A stretch of 64,000 bases of DNA from Octopus vulgaris (taxonomy: Eukaryota): the NCBI GenBank assembly GCA_951406725.2, contig OX597826.1, positions 49,600,001-49,664,000 on the forward strand, read 5' to 3'. A program made the position numbers and the translations under genes. Shown here one piece after another: positions 1 through 13,834 of this stretch (its first letter is position 1; each line of letters begins with the position of its first letter). The notes under the pieces are model-generated. The model saw only the letters and a program-made list of their open reading frames with translations, made no database searches and was not told the DNA's origin.

Positions 1-150
1 GCCCCAAGTGCGAAACTGGTACTTTATTTATCGACCCCAAAAGGATGAAAGGCAAAGTTGACCTCGGCGGAATTTGAACTCAGAACCTAACGACAGACGA
101 AATACCGCTAAGCATTTCGCCCGGCGTGCTAACGTGTCTGCCAGCTCGCC
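1..150 (-). mobile_element. tRNA-derived SINE, family A (central domain resembles Meta/MESC-type SINE domain); 3' part runs off window
   Basis: Minus strand reads GGCGAGCTGGCAGACACGTTAG (A box), GAGTTCAAATTCC (B box), GCCTTTCATCCTTTTGGGGTCGATAAA; about 20 related copies in the window. Confidence 0.85.
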
Positions 151-199
151 ACATATGTATGCATGTTTTTTTGTCTGTGTGCATGTATGTATGTATGTG

Positions 200-232
<33 letters not shown>

Positions 233-1198
233 GCATATAGATGTATGTATGTTTGCATCTATGTGTGTCTATGAATGAGTGAACAAACGAACTGATAAGT
301 GGGACGTGTCCTCCGCTCACAAAACTTTATGAATCATGCAATATGTTGTACTATAAGACAAACACTTATATTTATATTCATGATACATCTGAACCACATA
401 TTGCCGAAGAGATCGTAATGGAGGAATAATTATAATAACTTATTAGATTTACTATGTACATGTACACAAACACTCACGCACATACATACACACGTTAAAT
501 TCCTGAGGAACATCACGTGTTGTTTCAAGAATCGTACATTATAGAAAAAACGATCTCTGAGTAGCGAGGGAGTAATAGGTTAGATTCTGATGAAGAATTA
601 AGTCCCACTACTTGAAATGTGTAGGAGGATTAAAAGTGAATGGCGACGTCTATTAGTTGACGCCTAACGTTCGATTTCCAACTGTTGCCCTGTTTTTGGT
701 TTTTTAGCACGAGTCTCTTGTGTGCTGTCGTCTATATATTACTTTTATATACATACATGTTTGTACATATATACATACTTGTGTGTGTATGTATAGATGT
801 GGTTATAATCATGCGCATATATGTCTGTGTGTGTGTGTGTGTATACACACACGTACATACACGAGCACATAAATGCATATATACACCCATATTACAATAT
901 GTACCTGCATATACATATATGTTAGTATATATATGTATATATACGCACACACAGAAATACAAGTGTATGTATATATCTAAATCTATCTATCGATATATAT
1001 CCATACACACACACACACACATATACATATATATATACATATATACATACATACATGAACATAATATACATCTTTATACGGTCTCCATGAGTATATACGT
1101 GCGTATATATACGTATGTGTACATATATATGAATGTATGTATATATATATATATATATATATTCATGCATATTCATACGTACGTACATACATATATGC

Positions 1199-1263
<65 letters not shown>

Positions 1264-1697
1264 TACATTTGTTGGTGGGTGCGTGGTGCATGCATAAGCT
1301 TGCTATTTAAATTTAAATGGTGTTTTGAAATAACAAACGAGTAACAAGATATTCTAAGACTTGGAAACAAACACGGAAACGCCTTGCGTTTACAATAAAC
1401 CCTTTGAGGATGTCAAAGTAGAAAACTACCATGTTTATTCATGCCAACAAAACGAGGTACCGTAATGAAAGTTTATAAGCTTCAGCTATGTATGTGCGTA
1501 TGTGTATCTGCTTGTGTGTGTATGTGTGTGTGTGGGTGTGTGAAATGATGGAATATAAGCACCTGATATATATCGTAAAACAATATCAGAATGATACATA
1601 CGCATACATAGGTAAATATTACACACACATACACATAGAACACACAAGCACACACACACATGCATATATATATATACATATATATACATATATATAT

Positions 1698-1761
<64 letters not shown>

Positions 1762-2369
1762 GCGTATATGTGTATGTACACAATGAGCTTTTACAAGGAA
1801 AGAAAGATTCAGAGTGACTGCGGAGTTTCGGGTTGTTTCGCTCTGCAGACAACAGAAATAAAAACAACAGCAACAACAACATCAGCAGCAGCAGTAGCAG
1901 TAGCAGCAGCAGCAGTAACAGCAACAACAACAACAAGGGCAACGACGACAATAGGAAATTTCATGAAAATATTCTTCCTGAATTTTTTTTTTTTTTGAAA
2001 ATCAAGTCTAGCCATTTATTAACTTCGAGAAAAATGTACATCAGGAAAGAGTGGAAAGGAGAAAATGGAGAGACAGAGGAAGGTCGAAAGAGAGCGAGAG
2101 AAGAAGAAGAGCAAGAGGAGACAGAGGCAGACACACAAAGATTTTGTTATAATATAGTCTGTCAGTTTTTGTCCTCCACAGGATTCCATATTGATAAATT
2201 GTGTGATAAAATTCGTTGCTTCAGAAGAGGAAAATTCTTGGTGCCATGTAAAATACTAATTAAGTGGAATATTAAATATTATAATTACCTAGAGACAGAC
2301 AGAAAAATACAGACAGACATAGAAACTGAGAAAGTGACTGTAAAATATGTATGTGTGTCTATGAGTGTG

Positions 2370-2406
<37 letters not shown>

Positions 2407-2446
2407 CTATGTGTGTGTCTGCGTCTGTGTGTCTGTATCTGTGTAA

Positions 2447-2572
2447 GCGTGGGCATGGCTGTGTGGTAAGAATTTTGTTTCCGGGTTCAGTCCTACAGCG
2501 TGGCACCTTGGACAAATGTCTTCTATAGTTTCGGGCCGACCAAAGCTTTGTGAATGGAAGAAGCCTGTCGTG
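2447..2572 (+). mobile_element. tRNA-derived SINE, family B (CORE-like), 5' half ending in its internal (TA)n
   Basis: TGGCTGTGTGGTAAG A box, GGTTCAGTCC B box, GGCACCTTGGACAAATGTCTTC CORE-like block; matches copies at 19690, 30530, 33915, 34370. Confidence 0.75.
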
Positions 2573-2724
<152 letters not shown>

Positions 2725-2727
2725 GTA

Positions 2728-2925
2728 AAGTTAATCCAAACATGAAAACACAAAGAGAAAACATAACAACGCGGGGACGTGGAACAAGTATAGTGTTATT
2801 GGACGCTCAGGAAAGGAAAGAAAGAAGGAGGATTTAACGTTTCGAACGGAGCTCTTCGTCAGAAACATAGGAAAAGGAAAGATCCAAGGAAGCGAAGGCG
2901 GAGGGAAAAAAATCGCCAACGGTGT
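2728..2925 (-). mobile_element. Short non-autonomous repeat carrying a minimal hammerhead (Penelope pLTR-like)
   Basis: Closely similar to 9177-9385; both abut (TA)n; contains a hammerhead core. Confidence 0.65.
2832..2866 (-). ncRNA. Minimal type I hammerhead ribozyme
   Basis: Minus strand GTTT-CTGACGA-A-GAGC TCC GTTC-GAAA-CGTT-AAAT: stem I GTTT/AAAT, intact CUGANGA and GAAA, 4-bp stem II, palindromic AACGTT stem III. Confidence 0.7.
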
Positions 2926-3084
2926 GTGTGTGCGTTTCTTTATGTGTCTGTTTGTCCACACCAATACCTGACAATCATAAAGTCAATGAGCAAATAATTC
3001 CGTTCATTGAATTACAATTAATGGCCGAAAGACGGAGAGCCATTCACACACTCACACACATATATAGATGTATATACACACACA

Positions 3085-3117
<33 letters not shown>

Positions 3118-3846
3118 TTACAAAAACTTGGAAAATTCAATATTTATAACAGTACACACACGCATACACACATACACACACATACGGTGCAAGGATACAA
3201 ACTGATGGTAACTTACTGCACACACATTCAAATACAAATACACATATACACATTCATACGCAGACACACACGCACACACACATACACTTACACACACACA
3301 GAGGCATGCATAGACAGAAGAAAACATTCACACACACACATATACAATTTCTTGGTAATAAGTGGACACACATACACACACACTCACACATGCACATACA
3401 CACACAAATACATAGATATATATATACACACACACACGCACATGCACACACACACACATCCACAGAAATACATTTGGTTATAACAACATGAAGGGTCTAT
3501 AACCACCGCTACCACTGCATCCGAACCCCTTCTTTCAAAATACAACATAGCGTTACATTTGTGTTGTCAGTCCGTGGAAGTTTAACGCTAACAATAATAT
3601 TTATGACATCACTACATAACACGGTTACAAGATGGCGCTTGTGTCGCAAGTCTGGGCACAAAGTGAAATACATATTGTTGTAGAGGTTAGGTTGTTTGTT
3701 AGTGGTGGTGGTGGTGGTGGTGGTAGTTGTAGTGGTGACAGTAGTAGTTGTGGTGGTAGGTGATGGTTGTGTTTGCCATTGTGTTGTTGCATACCCAGGA
3801 GTAGTAAGAAAGAAACAACAGATGAGCCATTTCAATATGGACATGG

Positions 3847-4210
3847 AAATTAAGGCTTAAACACGTTAAAATTAAGGCTTAAAATTAAGGCTTAAATACT
3901 TAAAATTAAGGCTTAAATACTTAAAAATTAAGGCTTAAGCACGAGTAAAATTAAGGCTTAAACACGTTAAAATTAAGGATTAAAATTAAGCCTTAAAATT
4001 AAGGCTTAAATACTTAAAATTAAGGCTTAAATACTTAAAAATTAAGGCTTAAACACGAGTAAAATTAAGGCTTAAACACGTTAAAATTAAGGATTAAAAT
4101 TAAGCCTTAAAATTAAGGCTTAAATACTTAAAAATTAAAGCTTAAACACGAGTAAAAAACGTTACAGATATTATATAAACTCGAGTAAAAAACGTTACAG
4201 ATGTTATATA
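3847..4210. repeat. Minisatellite of AAAATTAAGGCTT cores with short spacers, followed by a 33-bp tandem duplication
   Basis: About 16 copies of the 13-bp core with spacers AAATACTT/AAACACGTT/AAACACGAGT in recurring order. Confidence 0.9.
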
Positions 4211-4315
4211 AATGTGTGCACCTATCTATCGATTTGTCCTCTCTGTCTTATCCATCCATCTATCACTACACACACTCAAATATATGTGGATCGACGGAGT
4301 TATGTATATATATAT

Positions 4316-4515
4316 AGTCGCCATGATTGATCGCTAAATCCACAAGGTTATTTTTTTTCTCTCTCTCTGTTTATTTCCTCATATTCCTTTCTGTTGAAGA
4401 GCGTAGGCTCGAAGGGTAAAAGACTTTCCTTCTTACCCGAACGTCAGACTAATACACCTGCTTGCTGTTCATACACCTGTCTTCATCTTTTGTTTATTCA
4501 TAAATTTTAACTATA
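4316..4515 (+). mobile_element. Short repeat with degenerate hammerhead-like motif, inserted in (TA)n
   Basis: CTTT-CTGTTGA-A-GAGC GTAG GCTC-GAAGGGTA-AAAG: same architecture as 2832-2866 with a mutated core. Confidence 0.45.
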
Positions 4516-4789
4516 TATATACATGTGTGTGTGCGTGTGTGTGTGTACAATTATATATATAAATCTGTCAACCCATATATATTTGAGTGTGTGTTATGAT
4601 AGATGTATATGGGTTGACGGAGTGATATATATATATACATAACTCCGAGTTTTGTATGTATATATATATATTATGCTTATTGACTTTGCGATTTGCATGA
4701 CATGTGGCCTCATCACTGAAAACAAGACGTTTCTTGAACTCGGCTTCTTCAAGTTACTCTTGCATATCAACACAATATTGTTGATATGT

Positions 4790-4848
<59 letters not shown>

Positions 4849-5279
4849 CACATACACACACACACACTTGCGCGTGATCGGGTGCACTCGTGTAATTAAA
4901 TATGATACCAGGTTTTGTAATTATTCGTGTGGGTATATGTTTGTGTGTGTGAGAGAGAGAGAAAGAGTGAGAGAAAAAGAGAGAGACAGAGAAAGAGAGA
5001 CAGAGACTGCGTGTGTGTATGTCTGTATGAATACAATGTTGGTATCGAAAAGACGATCGTGTTCCAGTTTTATCATTCTTATCAACGTTTGCCTTTTCAT
5101 GTTATCATATGCGATCTTCACATTTTACTAAGAACAATAAATATATACCTTGATGTACCCCTATCGCCTATAATTTACAGCATACACTGAGTACATTTTT
5201 ATGACACAACCATTATATATATCTCTCAATCTATCTATCTAGCTAGCTATCCACCCCTCTCTCTCTCTCTCTCTCTCTC

Positions 5280-5336
<57 letters not shown>

Positions 5337-5414
5337 ATACATACATATATATATATGTGCGTATGTATATATGTATGTACATAGATTGATAGATAGATAG
5401 ATGCAAACATATGT

Positions 5415-5485
<71 letters not shown>

Positions 5486-5816
5486 CATATATGTTAAAAC
5501 TAAAATTACATTTGCGTATAAACTTTGTAGAATGCTGTGTAAAGCAGTTCCACAGTTATTGGCTACCTGTTGTCAACATCAGTAGTGATGCATATGCTAC
5601 TGCTATTACTTCAGGAATTCCTCTGTGTCCGTGAAGGACCGTTATTAATAGCAGTGGCCCCAATACAATGCACTGTGAGACAACACATTATTTGTGTTTC
5701 GTTGGAGGTAGCCCCATTGGAGACTGCTACCTGTTTTCTATCTTTTAGAAAGTCATGTAGCCATTGTCCATGTTTTCCGACTCTGCCGAGATTATGCAGC
5801 GTGTGACATATCGTAC

Positions 5817-7370
5817 TCTAGTTGACTTTATGAAAACCTTTTGCAAAGTCAAGATATATCACGTTCGCATTCGTGTCCTTAGGCCGCTGCTCTAATACCC
5901 AGTCGTAATGCTGTAAGAGCTGTGTCAGGCAGCTTCTATCTGGCCGAAAACCATGATGGGTGTCTGTCAGCAAGTCATTTTCTTCAAGGAAAGTAATTAG
6001 TTCCCTTCGGACTATTCGTTCCATGACTTTGTTGATGTGTGAGGTCAAAGAGGTAGGCACCTGCTCTGTTCCTCTTTTATTAGTAGCGCATATTATACCC
6101 ACTTCTTGACTGGGAGCTTACCGCTCGCAAGGGAGCTCTGAAGAAGAAGCTGCAGTGATTTTACAAGAACTCCTTTGCATGATTTGAGAAGGATTGCTGG
6201 GAATTCACCGGAGCCAGCAGCTGAGTTTGCCTTTACGTCATTCATTGCAAGTATTAGATACTCTCCTTTGATGTAGATGTAATCAGTTGTTACTGCATCC
6301 CTTTGTACATCTGTAGTGGTAAACAATTCTACAGCTTTCCCAACTTGCATATGCCATAAGGGTGGGGTGAAGACACTTTTGAATTGTTCATTCAGTGCTT
6401 CACTTATTCTCATTAGGTTTCCCGTGAAGGAACCATCTTTTTGGAGGTCTGACCCTACCTTGCAACACACGGAGGCAATTTCTTTGGCGTATTTAAAGAA
6501 GGCTTTATGATGTGATTTTATATCTTTTATAACCCAGGCTTCTTTGTCTGCTCTTTCTTTTTCATGGTAGCATTTATTATTTCTTTACTGCCCACAAGGG
6601 GCTACACACAGAGGGGACAAACAAGGACAGACAAACGGATTAAGTCGATTACATCGACCCCAGTGTGTAACTGGTACTTGTTTAATCGACCCCGAAAGGA
6701 GGAAAGCCAAAGTCGACCTCGGCGGAATTTAAACTCAGAACAGAGCGGCAGACGAAATACCTATTTCTTTACTACCCACAAGGGGCTAAACACAGAGGAG
6801 ACAAGCAAGGACAGACAAACGGATTAAGTCGATTACATCGACTCCAGTGCGTAACTGGTACTTAATTTATCGACCCCGAAAGGATGAAAGGCAAAGTCGA
6901 CCTCGGCGGAATTTGAACTCAGAATATAGCGGCAGACGAAATACGGCTACGCATTCCGCCCGGCGTGCTAACATTTCTGCCAGCTAACTGCCTTAACCAT
7001 GGTAGCATTTCTGATTTTTGTCAATCTCCAGCGGTGTCGTTTTCAGACGGGATTTTGTTGCTGCTATAGATTTTTCTGTTCAGACGGTTTGCAATCTTTG
7101 TACGCGTCACATAAGAAATTTCCTCGCCCAGAGAATTTTGTTTTTATGTACTATGTCCTTTCTCTCTGGGACAAACTTCAAGCATATGGTTTGCATTACG
7201 GACATGAAGCTTTTGAGTTTCATGCTGATGTCAGATATGGAGAGACATTAAGGTCAATCTTGTTTGACGATCTCTTTCTCAATCGATTTCCAGTCTGCTT
7301 TATGGAAGTTCAGATTGGGCAGATTTTGGGTACTTCTGCATGTCTGCGGATTCCTTTCATCCATACATGG
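5817..7370 (-). pseudogene. CR1-group LINE ORF2 fragment (pre-RT region and N-terminal RT), frameshifted and interrupted by a SINE dimer
   Basis: Peptides SLTSHINKVMERIV, HHGFRPDRSCLTQLL, VIYLDFAKGF, LNEQFKSVFT are typical CR1 ORF2 motifs; sequence resumes after 7010. Confidence 0.9.
6576..6997 (-). mobile_element. Family A SINE dimer (full copy plus head-less copy) with 13-bp TSD
   Basis: TSD CATGGTAGCATTT at 6563-6575 and 6998-7010; two tandem body+tail units. Confidence 0.9.
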
Positions 7371-7437
7371 TATACAAAAACACACACACACACACACACA
7401 CGTATGTATGTACGATTGCATGTATGCCTATATTATA

Positions 7438-7439
7438 CT

Positions 7440-7538
<99 letters not shown>

Positions 7539-7546
7539 GGACAGAC

Positions 7547-7598
<52 letters not shown>
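7438..7598. repeat. (GATA)n/(GACA)n microsatellite
   Basis: Direct reading. Confidence 0.95.
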
Positions 7599-7599
<1 letters not shown>

Positions 7600-7764
7600 C
7601 ACATACATACACATACATAAGTATATATGTATGTATGTACACGTACATACATACATACGTATGTATGCATGTATGTGTATCTGTGTCTACATGTGTATAT
7701 ATGATAGATGCATACATACATATCTATGTATGTATGCATGTATGTATTTATGTATGTATGTGTG

Positions 7765-7831
<67 letters not shown>

Positions 7832-8129
7832 GTGTATATATTTAAATGTAGCCCTGAGGATATTTCGTAGCCATGAAAAGGAGATAAATCACTTTGTTTA
7901 AAAATTAAATATAAGTAAGATAAAATATGATAAAATATACTAGGAGCCTCAGAGATGCCCCAAATCCTGCTTCATTTGAGGAATTCTGAAGCGAGAAACA
8001 AAAATATTCCAAGACTTTCGTTGTTAAATCCGTCAGAACTACAGTTATTTCTTTCAATTAGAAACGTTAGAATTATGAAAAATGAGGAATTTGGGAATCT
8101 CAAGTGTGTATACGTGTATTTGTATGTGC

Positions 8130-8195
<66 letters not shown>

Positions 8196-8477
8196 GTGTG
8201 CACTTTTGTGCGTAGGCGCGTGTGTGTGAGTGTATGGTGAGTGTATAACAAAGTCTGTGAGGATTATATGTGTGTGGTGTAAATAGGATTCTATCTTTAT
8301 TCATTATTTTAAACGGTTTTCATCCATACTCCAGTGGTAGTTTCCGGTTGATGTGTTTTATCAGCTCAACATTAGAACATCTCGACTATTAATCTACACT
8401 TGTCCCTGGATAACGAATGGTAATATCACGAATAACATACATACATATATGTGCATGTGTGTATGTATATTATGTAT

Positions 8478-8580
<103 letters not shown>

Positions 8581-8780
8581 TTAATATATACACATATATT
8601 AATGTGTTTATATATATGTACGTATGAATGCATACACACACGCAGACATATGTACATATACACACACATACACACACACTCATATATGTATATATATATA
8701 CACATACACACACATGACAAACATACACATGACTATGTACGCAATCATCTCTCTCTCACACTCCTTTTTTTCTCTCTCAT

Positions 8781-8822
<42 letters not shown>

Positions 8823-9105
8823 CATACATACACACACACATACATACATACATACATACATACATACATACATACATACATACATGCATACATGCATACA
8901 TACATACATACATACATACATACATACATACATACATACATACATACATACATACATACATACATACATACATAGGAAAATACTCAGTTGCTGATGCTGA
9001 AATTGCAATGAAGGCGCCCTGTATATAGGCTAGAAACCGGCTCTTTCTTTACTGGCAAGAAATCTTGAAATGAAACTGAATAATGCTATACACACACACA
9101 CACAC

Positions 9106-9176
<71 letters not shown>

Positions 9177-9181
<5 letters not shown>

Positions 9182-9385
9182 ATCCAAACAAGAAAGCACA
9201 AAAAAAAACACAACAACGCGAGGACGTGGAACAAATATAGTATTATTGGACGCTCAGGAAAGAAGGAAAGAAGGAGGGTTTAACGTTTCGAGCGGAGCTC
9301 TTCGTCGGAAACATAGGAGAAGGAAAGATCCAGAGAAGGGAAGACAGAGGGAAAAAATCGCCAACGGTACACACGCGGTCACATG
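9177..9385 (-). mobile_element. Second copy of the hammerhead-bearing short repeat
   Basis: Homologous to 2728-2925; core at 9278-9312 reads GTTT-CCGACGA-A-GAGC TCC GCTC-GAAA-CGTT-AAAC (U4>C). Confidence 0.65.
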
Positions 9386-10246
9386 TATGTATGTATTTAT
9401 GTGTGTATGTATGTACGCATGTAAGTATGTTTGTATGCATTATGTATGTATGTATGTAATATAAATTTCATTCTGGTGTTGACCCTAAACTTAACGCTAT
9501 TAAGCTCATCCAGGGTTCAGGCTATCAGATATGAATTTAAATCGAAGATAGATTGTTTTAAAGATCATATATCTGAAAATCCTTAAATATTCGTAAAGTT
9601 TATGTAATTACTCACAAGACGATTGTGTCGAGCAAATCCTTTTATTGCCCAAATGTACCATTTTTTTCATTGACATTCGATCTCAAGTGAATTCCTATTT
9701 TATATAATAATATATGCAACAACAGATTCTCGCGGTATTGGGAAATTGATACAATCAAACGTCTACTCTTCAGAGTCATGTATAAAATCCTTAATGCATA
9801 GTGCATAATTTATATAATAATATAGGAACCCTCTTCAAGTCGAATACTGATGAAACGCTTGTAAATTTATGTAATAAGACCACTTGCTCACTTCTTTCTT
9901 TTTGTGCATAATTATTTATATACATATATGTGCGTGTGAGTTTACTGCTCACTTTCAGTACACTCCCAGTACCATTTTCTTCACTTATCTCTCCACCTTA
10001 GTGCCTTTCAAACACATCCCCACCTCCTACTTCTCACACATATTCCTTCCTTGCATTCTTATCGCTTCCTTCTATCCCTCCCCTATTCCTTTTATCTACT
10101 GACAGCTCTCCTCTCTTCTCCCTCACAATATCTTGGCCACCTTTTTACCTTTTCTCTTCCTCTTTCTTTCTTCTTTCTTCCCCTATTCCTTTTGACCAAT
10201 AACTTTCTTCTTCTAACATACATATTTATTCTCTTCGCTCTATCTA

Positions 10247-10462
10247 TTAGGTTGTCAACAAAGTTCTTGCGGTTTTTAACCTTTAAATTTAGATGCGCAT
10301 GTCTCGGCTTAAACAAAACTTTATTAATCGAAATAAACAACATCAGAATCTACACACTTTTACCAACGCGAAACAAGTTGATTTATGCCAGTAGCGTAAA
10401 AATCCTGTGTTCTGGTGGCGATGAAGTAGCTGAATGCGTATTTGGCATCGTCTTGGTTTTTG
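10247..10462 (-). mobile_element. Mariner transposon 3' end (Hsmar1/cecropia-like C-terminus plus TIR)
   Basis: Minus strand QDDAKYAFSYFIATRTQDFYATGINQLVSRW*KCVDSDVVYFD*; TIR TTAGGTTGTCAACAAAGTT preceded by TA at 10245-10246. Confidence 0.85.
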
Positions 10463-10940
10463 AGCCCACAACTTACGAGACCTCTTGGTCCACAGCTTCT
10501 TCCCTAACCCAACCTCCCAAGCCAACTCGTTCCCCTGCTCCCGCCCACGCTGCCGAACTTTCCCTTACCTCTCCAAAACCACCCTCCTCACCGGTACCCA
10601 TCATCCACCCAATCATATCACCGACTCCTTCACCTGCACTTTTACCAATGTCCTCTACTGCATCTCCTGCTCCGTCTGCCCTTTTCTATACATCGGGCAA
10701 ACGGGATGTCGCTTGGCTGACCGGTTTGCGGAACACCTCCGAGATAACCGACTCGGCAATGACACCCCGTTCTCGAGCCATTTCCGCTCTATCGGTCACT
10801 CTTTGCAACACCTGTCTGTGTTCGGATTGTCCTTGCACAGGTGCCATCCGGACTCCCGTTTGTGCCGTGAACAGGGATTAATCTTCTCTCTTCGCTTCTT
10901 TGCGCCACATGGGCTCATCTCTCCTCCCCTCTTCATCTAA
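10463..10940 (+). pseudogene. Penelope-like element (Neptune-type) linker and GIY-YIG endonuclease fragment
   Basis: HNLRDLLVHS...PCSRPRCRT...FTCTFTNVLYCISCSVCPFLYIGQTG.RLADRFAEH...HF...REQGLIF.L...PHGL. Confidence 0.9.
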
Positions 10941-12017
10941 CCCTCATCCCCTCTCCTCTCCTCTCTCCCGCTCACACCTACTTCCTCCCACCCACCTCTC
11001 CTCTCTTGTTACGATTCCTACTTCTTCTCTTCACTACTACTCCCCTTCACTCCTACCCATCTTCTCCCCTCCCCCTCTCCCTTCAGCGTCACCATCCCTC
11101 GTAACCCCACCCCTACACAATCCAACCCCACCTTCCCTATCCATCCCGTCCCACCCCCAATCCATCCCTTACACCCACTCCCACATGGTGGATAAAATTT
11201 GTTTATTTGTGTATTAAGGCTACCATTGGTTTAATATTAAAAAATATCGTAATATCTTAACAATTTTTTAAGCCGATTACATGAATGAATGGCTTTCGTC
11301 TCCATTTTAAATTTTCCAGTAATTGGGTTGATACTGAGCAGCCTTGGAGTGTTTAGTTGAACAAATGCACCCCAGTCTGATTTGCATTCTATAGGTTCTA
11401 TAACAGTCATAAATATTTCTACTGCTCCCTAATTTTAGGGTTATACGAAACTGCACCAATGCATAAACACATACTTAGCTACATATATATGTGCCCATGT
11501 ACATACAACAGGCATTCACAGACTTCTGTATTATGCATACATTTATACGCTCAAGCATACAAGTATGTATGTATGTATATATATATATAGATATATATAT
11601 ATATAGAGAGAGAGAGAGAGGGAGAGAGAAAGGCATATGAACATACTATCGTATTTATATGTACGCATATATGTGTTCATGCACAGACGCATCTACATAC
11701 ACAGATCCACAGTTGCACATGTGTACGCACGTTTCAACCTAGCATATATATATATACATGCATACATCTATATGAATATATACACCTACGTATCTATTCA
11801 CACAAGCACTCATATAAACATAAATATATATATATATATGTGTGTGTGTCTGTGTGCATATACAAGTATATATGTATATGTGCAATTTATGTATATATAT
11901 TTTATATGTACATAGATAGATAGACAGACAGACAGAGAGGCAGGCAGGCAGGCAGGCAGACAGACAGACAGACAGACAGGCAGGCAGGCAGGCAGGCAGA
12001 CAGACAGACAGACAGAC

Positions 12018-12081
<64 letters not shown>

Positions 12082-12263
12082 GTACGTATATGTGCGGGTC
12101 TCTGTATGTATGTATCTATATTATATATATATATATATATACATTAAGACACATATTATTACATACATACATACATACATATATACATACATACATACAT
12201 ACATACATACATACATACATACATACATACATACATACATACATTCATACATACATACATACA

Positions 12264-12299
<36 letters not shown>

Positions 12300-13076
12300 C
12301 GCTTACATATGCGGTGCGTGTGTGCATGTATAATTGTGCGTACAACAAAAACGATCTCAAGAAAATCTATTCCAATAGAAGAGCTCAATGTGTGTGTATG
12401 TACATGTATGAGCGTGTACATTATGTGTGTCTTTCTGAATGCACACGTGTGTGTGTGTGTGGATGTGGGTGGGTGTGGATGCTCTTCATACGCCTGTTTT
12501 GATTTCTATATTATGATAGCTAATGATTATCTTTTTATGTTATTAATTTCCCTCCTGAGAAATATGAATTTATTGTTAAAAAATGGAGTAGAGAGAGAGA
12601 GAGAGATACAAGGACAGCGTGAGTCAGTGAGCGAGTGAGTGAGTGAGTGAGTGAGAGAAAGAGAGAGAGAGAGCGCGAGTGTATGAGTTTGTGTGTGTGC
12701 GAGCGTGTGTATTGGATTTCGATCGAATTTAATTATATAACCAACTAATTCCCCACTAATTCTCAGGTCATAAACCCTGTAAAAATAATGAAAAATAAAG
12801 GAACAGACAAAGTGTGCTCACAATAGCAAGGCGGAGCGTTTTGTATTTATAAGTGCGTATACAGACATAGAGATACACATCCATTACACTCTCTTACTCA
12901 CTCTCTCTCTCTATCTCTATCTCTCTCTTTCCCTCTCTCTTACTTTCTTTCTCTCTCTCTCTCTCTCTCACTTTCTCTCTCTCTCTTAAACTACGTGTAT
13001 GTGTGTGTTTGTGTGTGTTGTAGTCCATTTTCATCAAAATACATCTATGGTAAATACATTTATGCTGATATACATT

Positions 13077-13108
<32 letters not shown>

Positions 13109-13235
13109 AGTGAGTGTGTGTATATATACAGACATATACATATATAAATGGACGCAGATGTATATATATATATTCATATATGTATATATATATATGCATA
13201 AACAGACTCATATAAATAGATGCGTATCCATCAAT

Positions 13236-13310
<75 letters not shown>

Positions 13311-13382
13311 CTTGATAAATATAGATGCATATATATATATATATATATATATACAGACATACACATATATAAATGGACACAC

Positions 13383-13433
<51 letters not shown>

Positions 13434-13463
13434 TATATGTATGTATGCATGCATATATATATT

Positions 13464-13505
<42 letters not shown>

Positions 13506-13834
13506 TTTGTGATTATAATGTATATAGTCATAATTATAATACATAAAAAATTTTAATTACAAATGCTATGAAAAACATTACTGTAACGCAAAAGTATACA
13601 AACGTCTTCATTTTCGTCTTTCACTTCTATTTTTGTATGTATATATCGCACATTCATATTTATTCAAATATATATATACTAAAAAACATACATCCATACA
13701 TACATATTTTTATTTATTTATTTATTTTGTTATATATCGCATACAACTCCAGCTTTCTTTTTAAATTAATATCTTCCAGTTGATATTTTCTGCTTAAAAG
13801 CCAACTTTCTTCTATTGTATTATACATCATAAAT

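Noticed and set aside
685-1998. Long YI/HT/CV-repeat ORFs here and throughout the window
   Set aside because: They are translations of TA/CA/CATA microsatellites, open in several frames on both strands.
2165-2255. Possible exon after TTTTGTCCTCCACAG
   Set aside because: No strong donor, no recognisable peptide and no partner exons.
3847-4160. CRISPR-like repeat-spacer appearance
   Set aside because: Repeats are 13 bp, spacers are 0-10 bp and themselves repeated, the context is eukaryotic, and there are no cas genes.
10092-10343. NLIDRAKRI peptide resembling a Penelope RT thumb
   Set aside because: Another frame and the TA-flanked TIR show this DNA is a mariner 3' end.
10051-10881. 276-aa Ser/Pro-rich ORF
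   Set aside because: Alternative frame across a pyrimidine tract, mariner and Penelope fragments.
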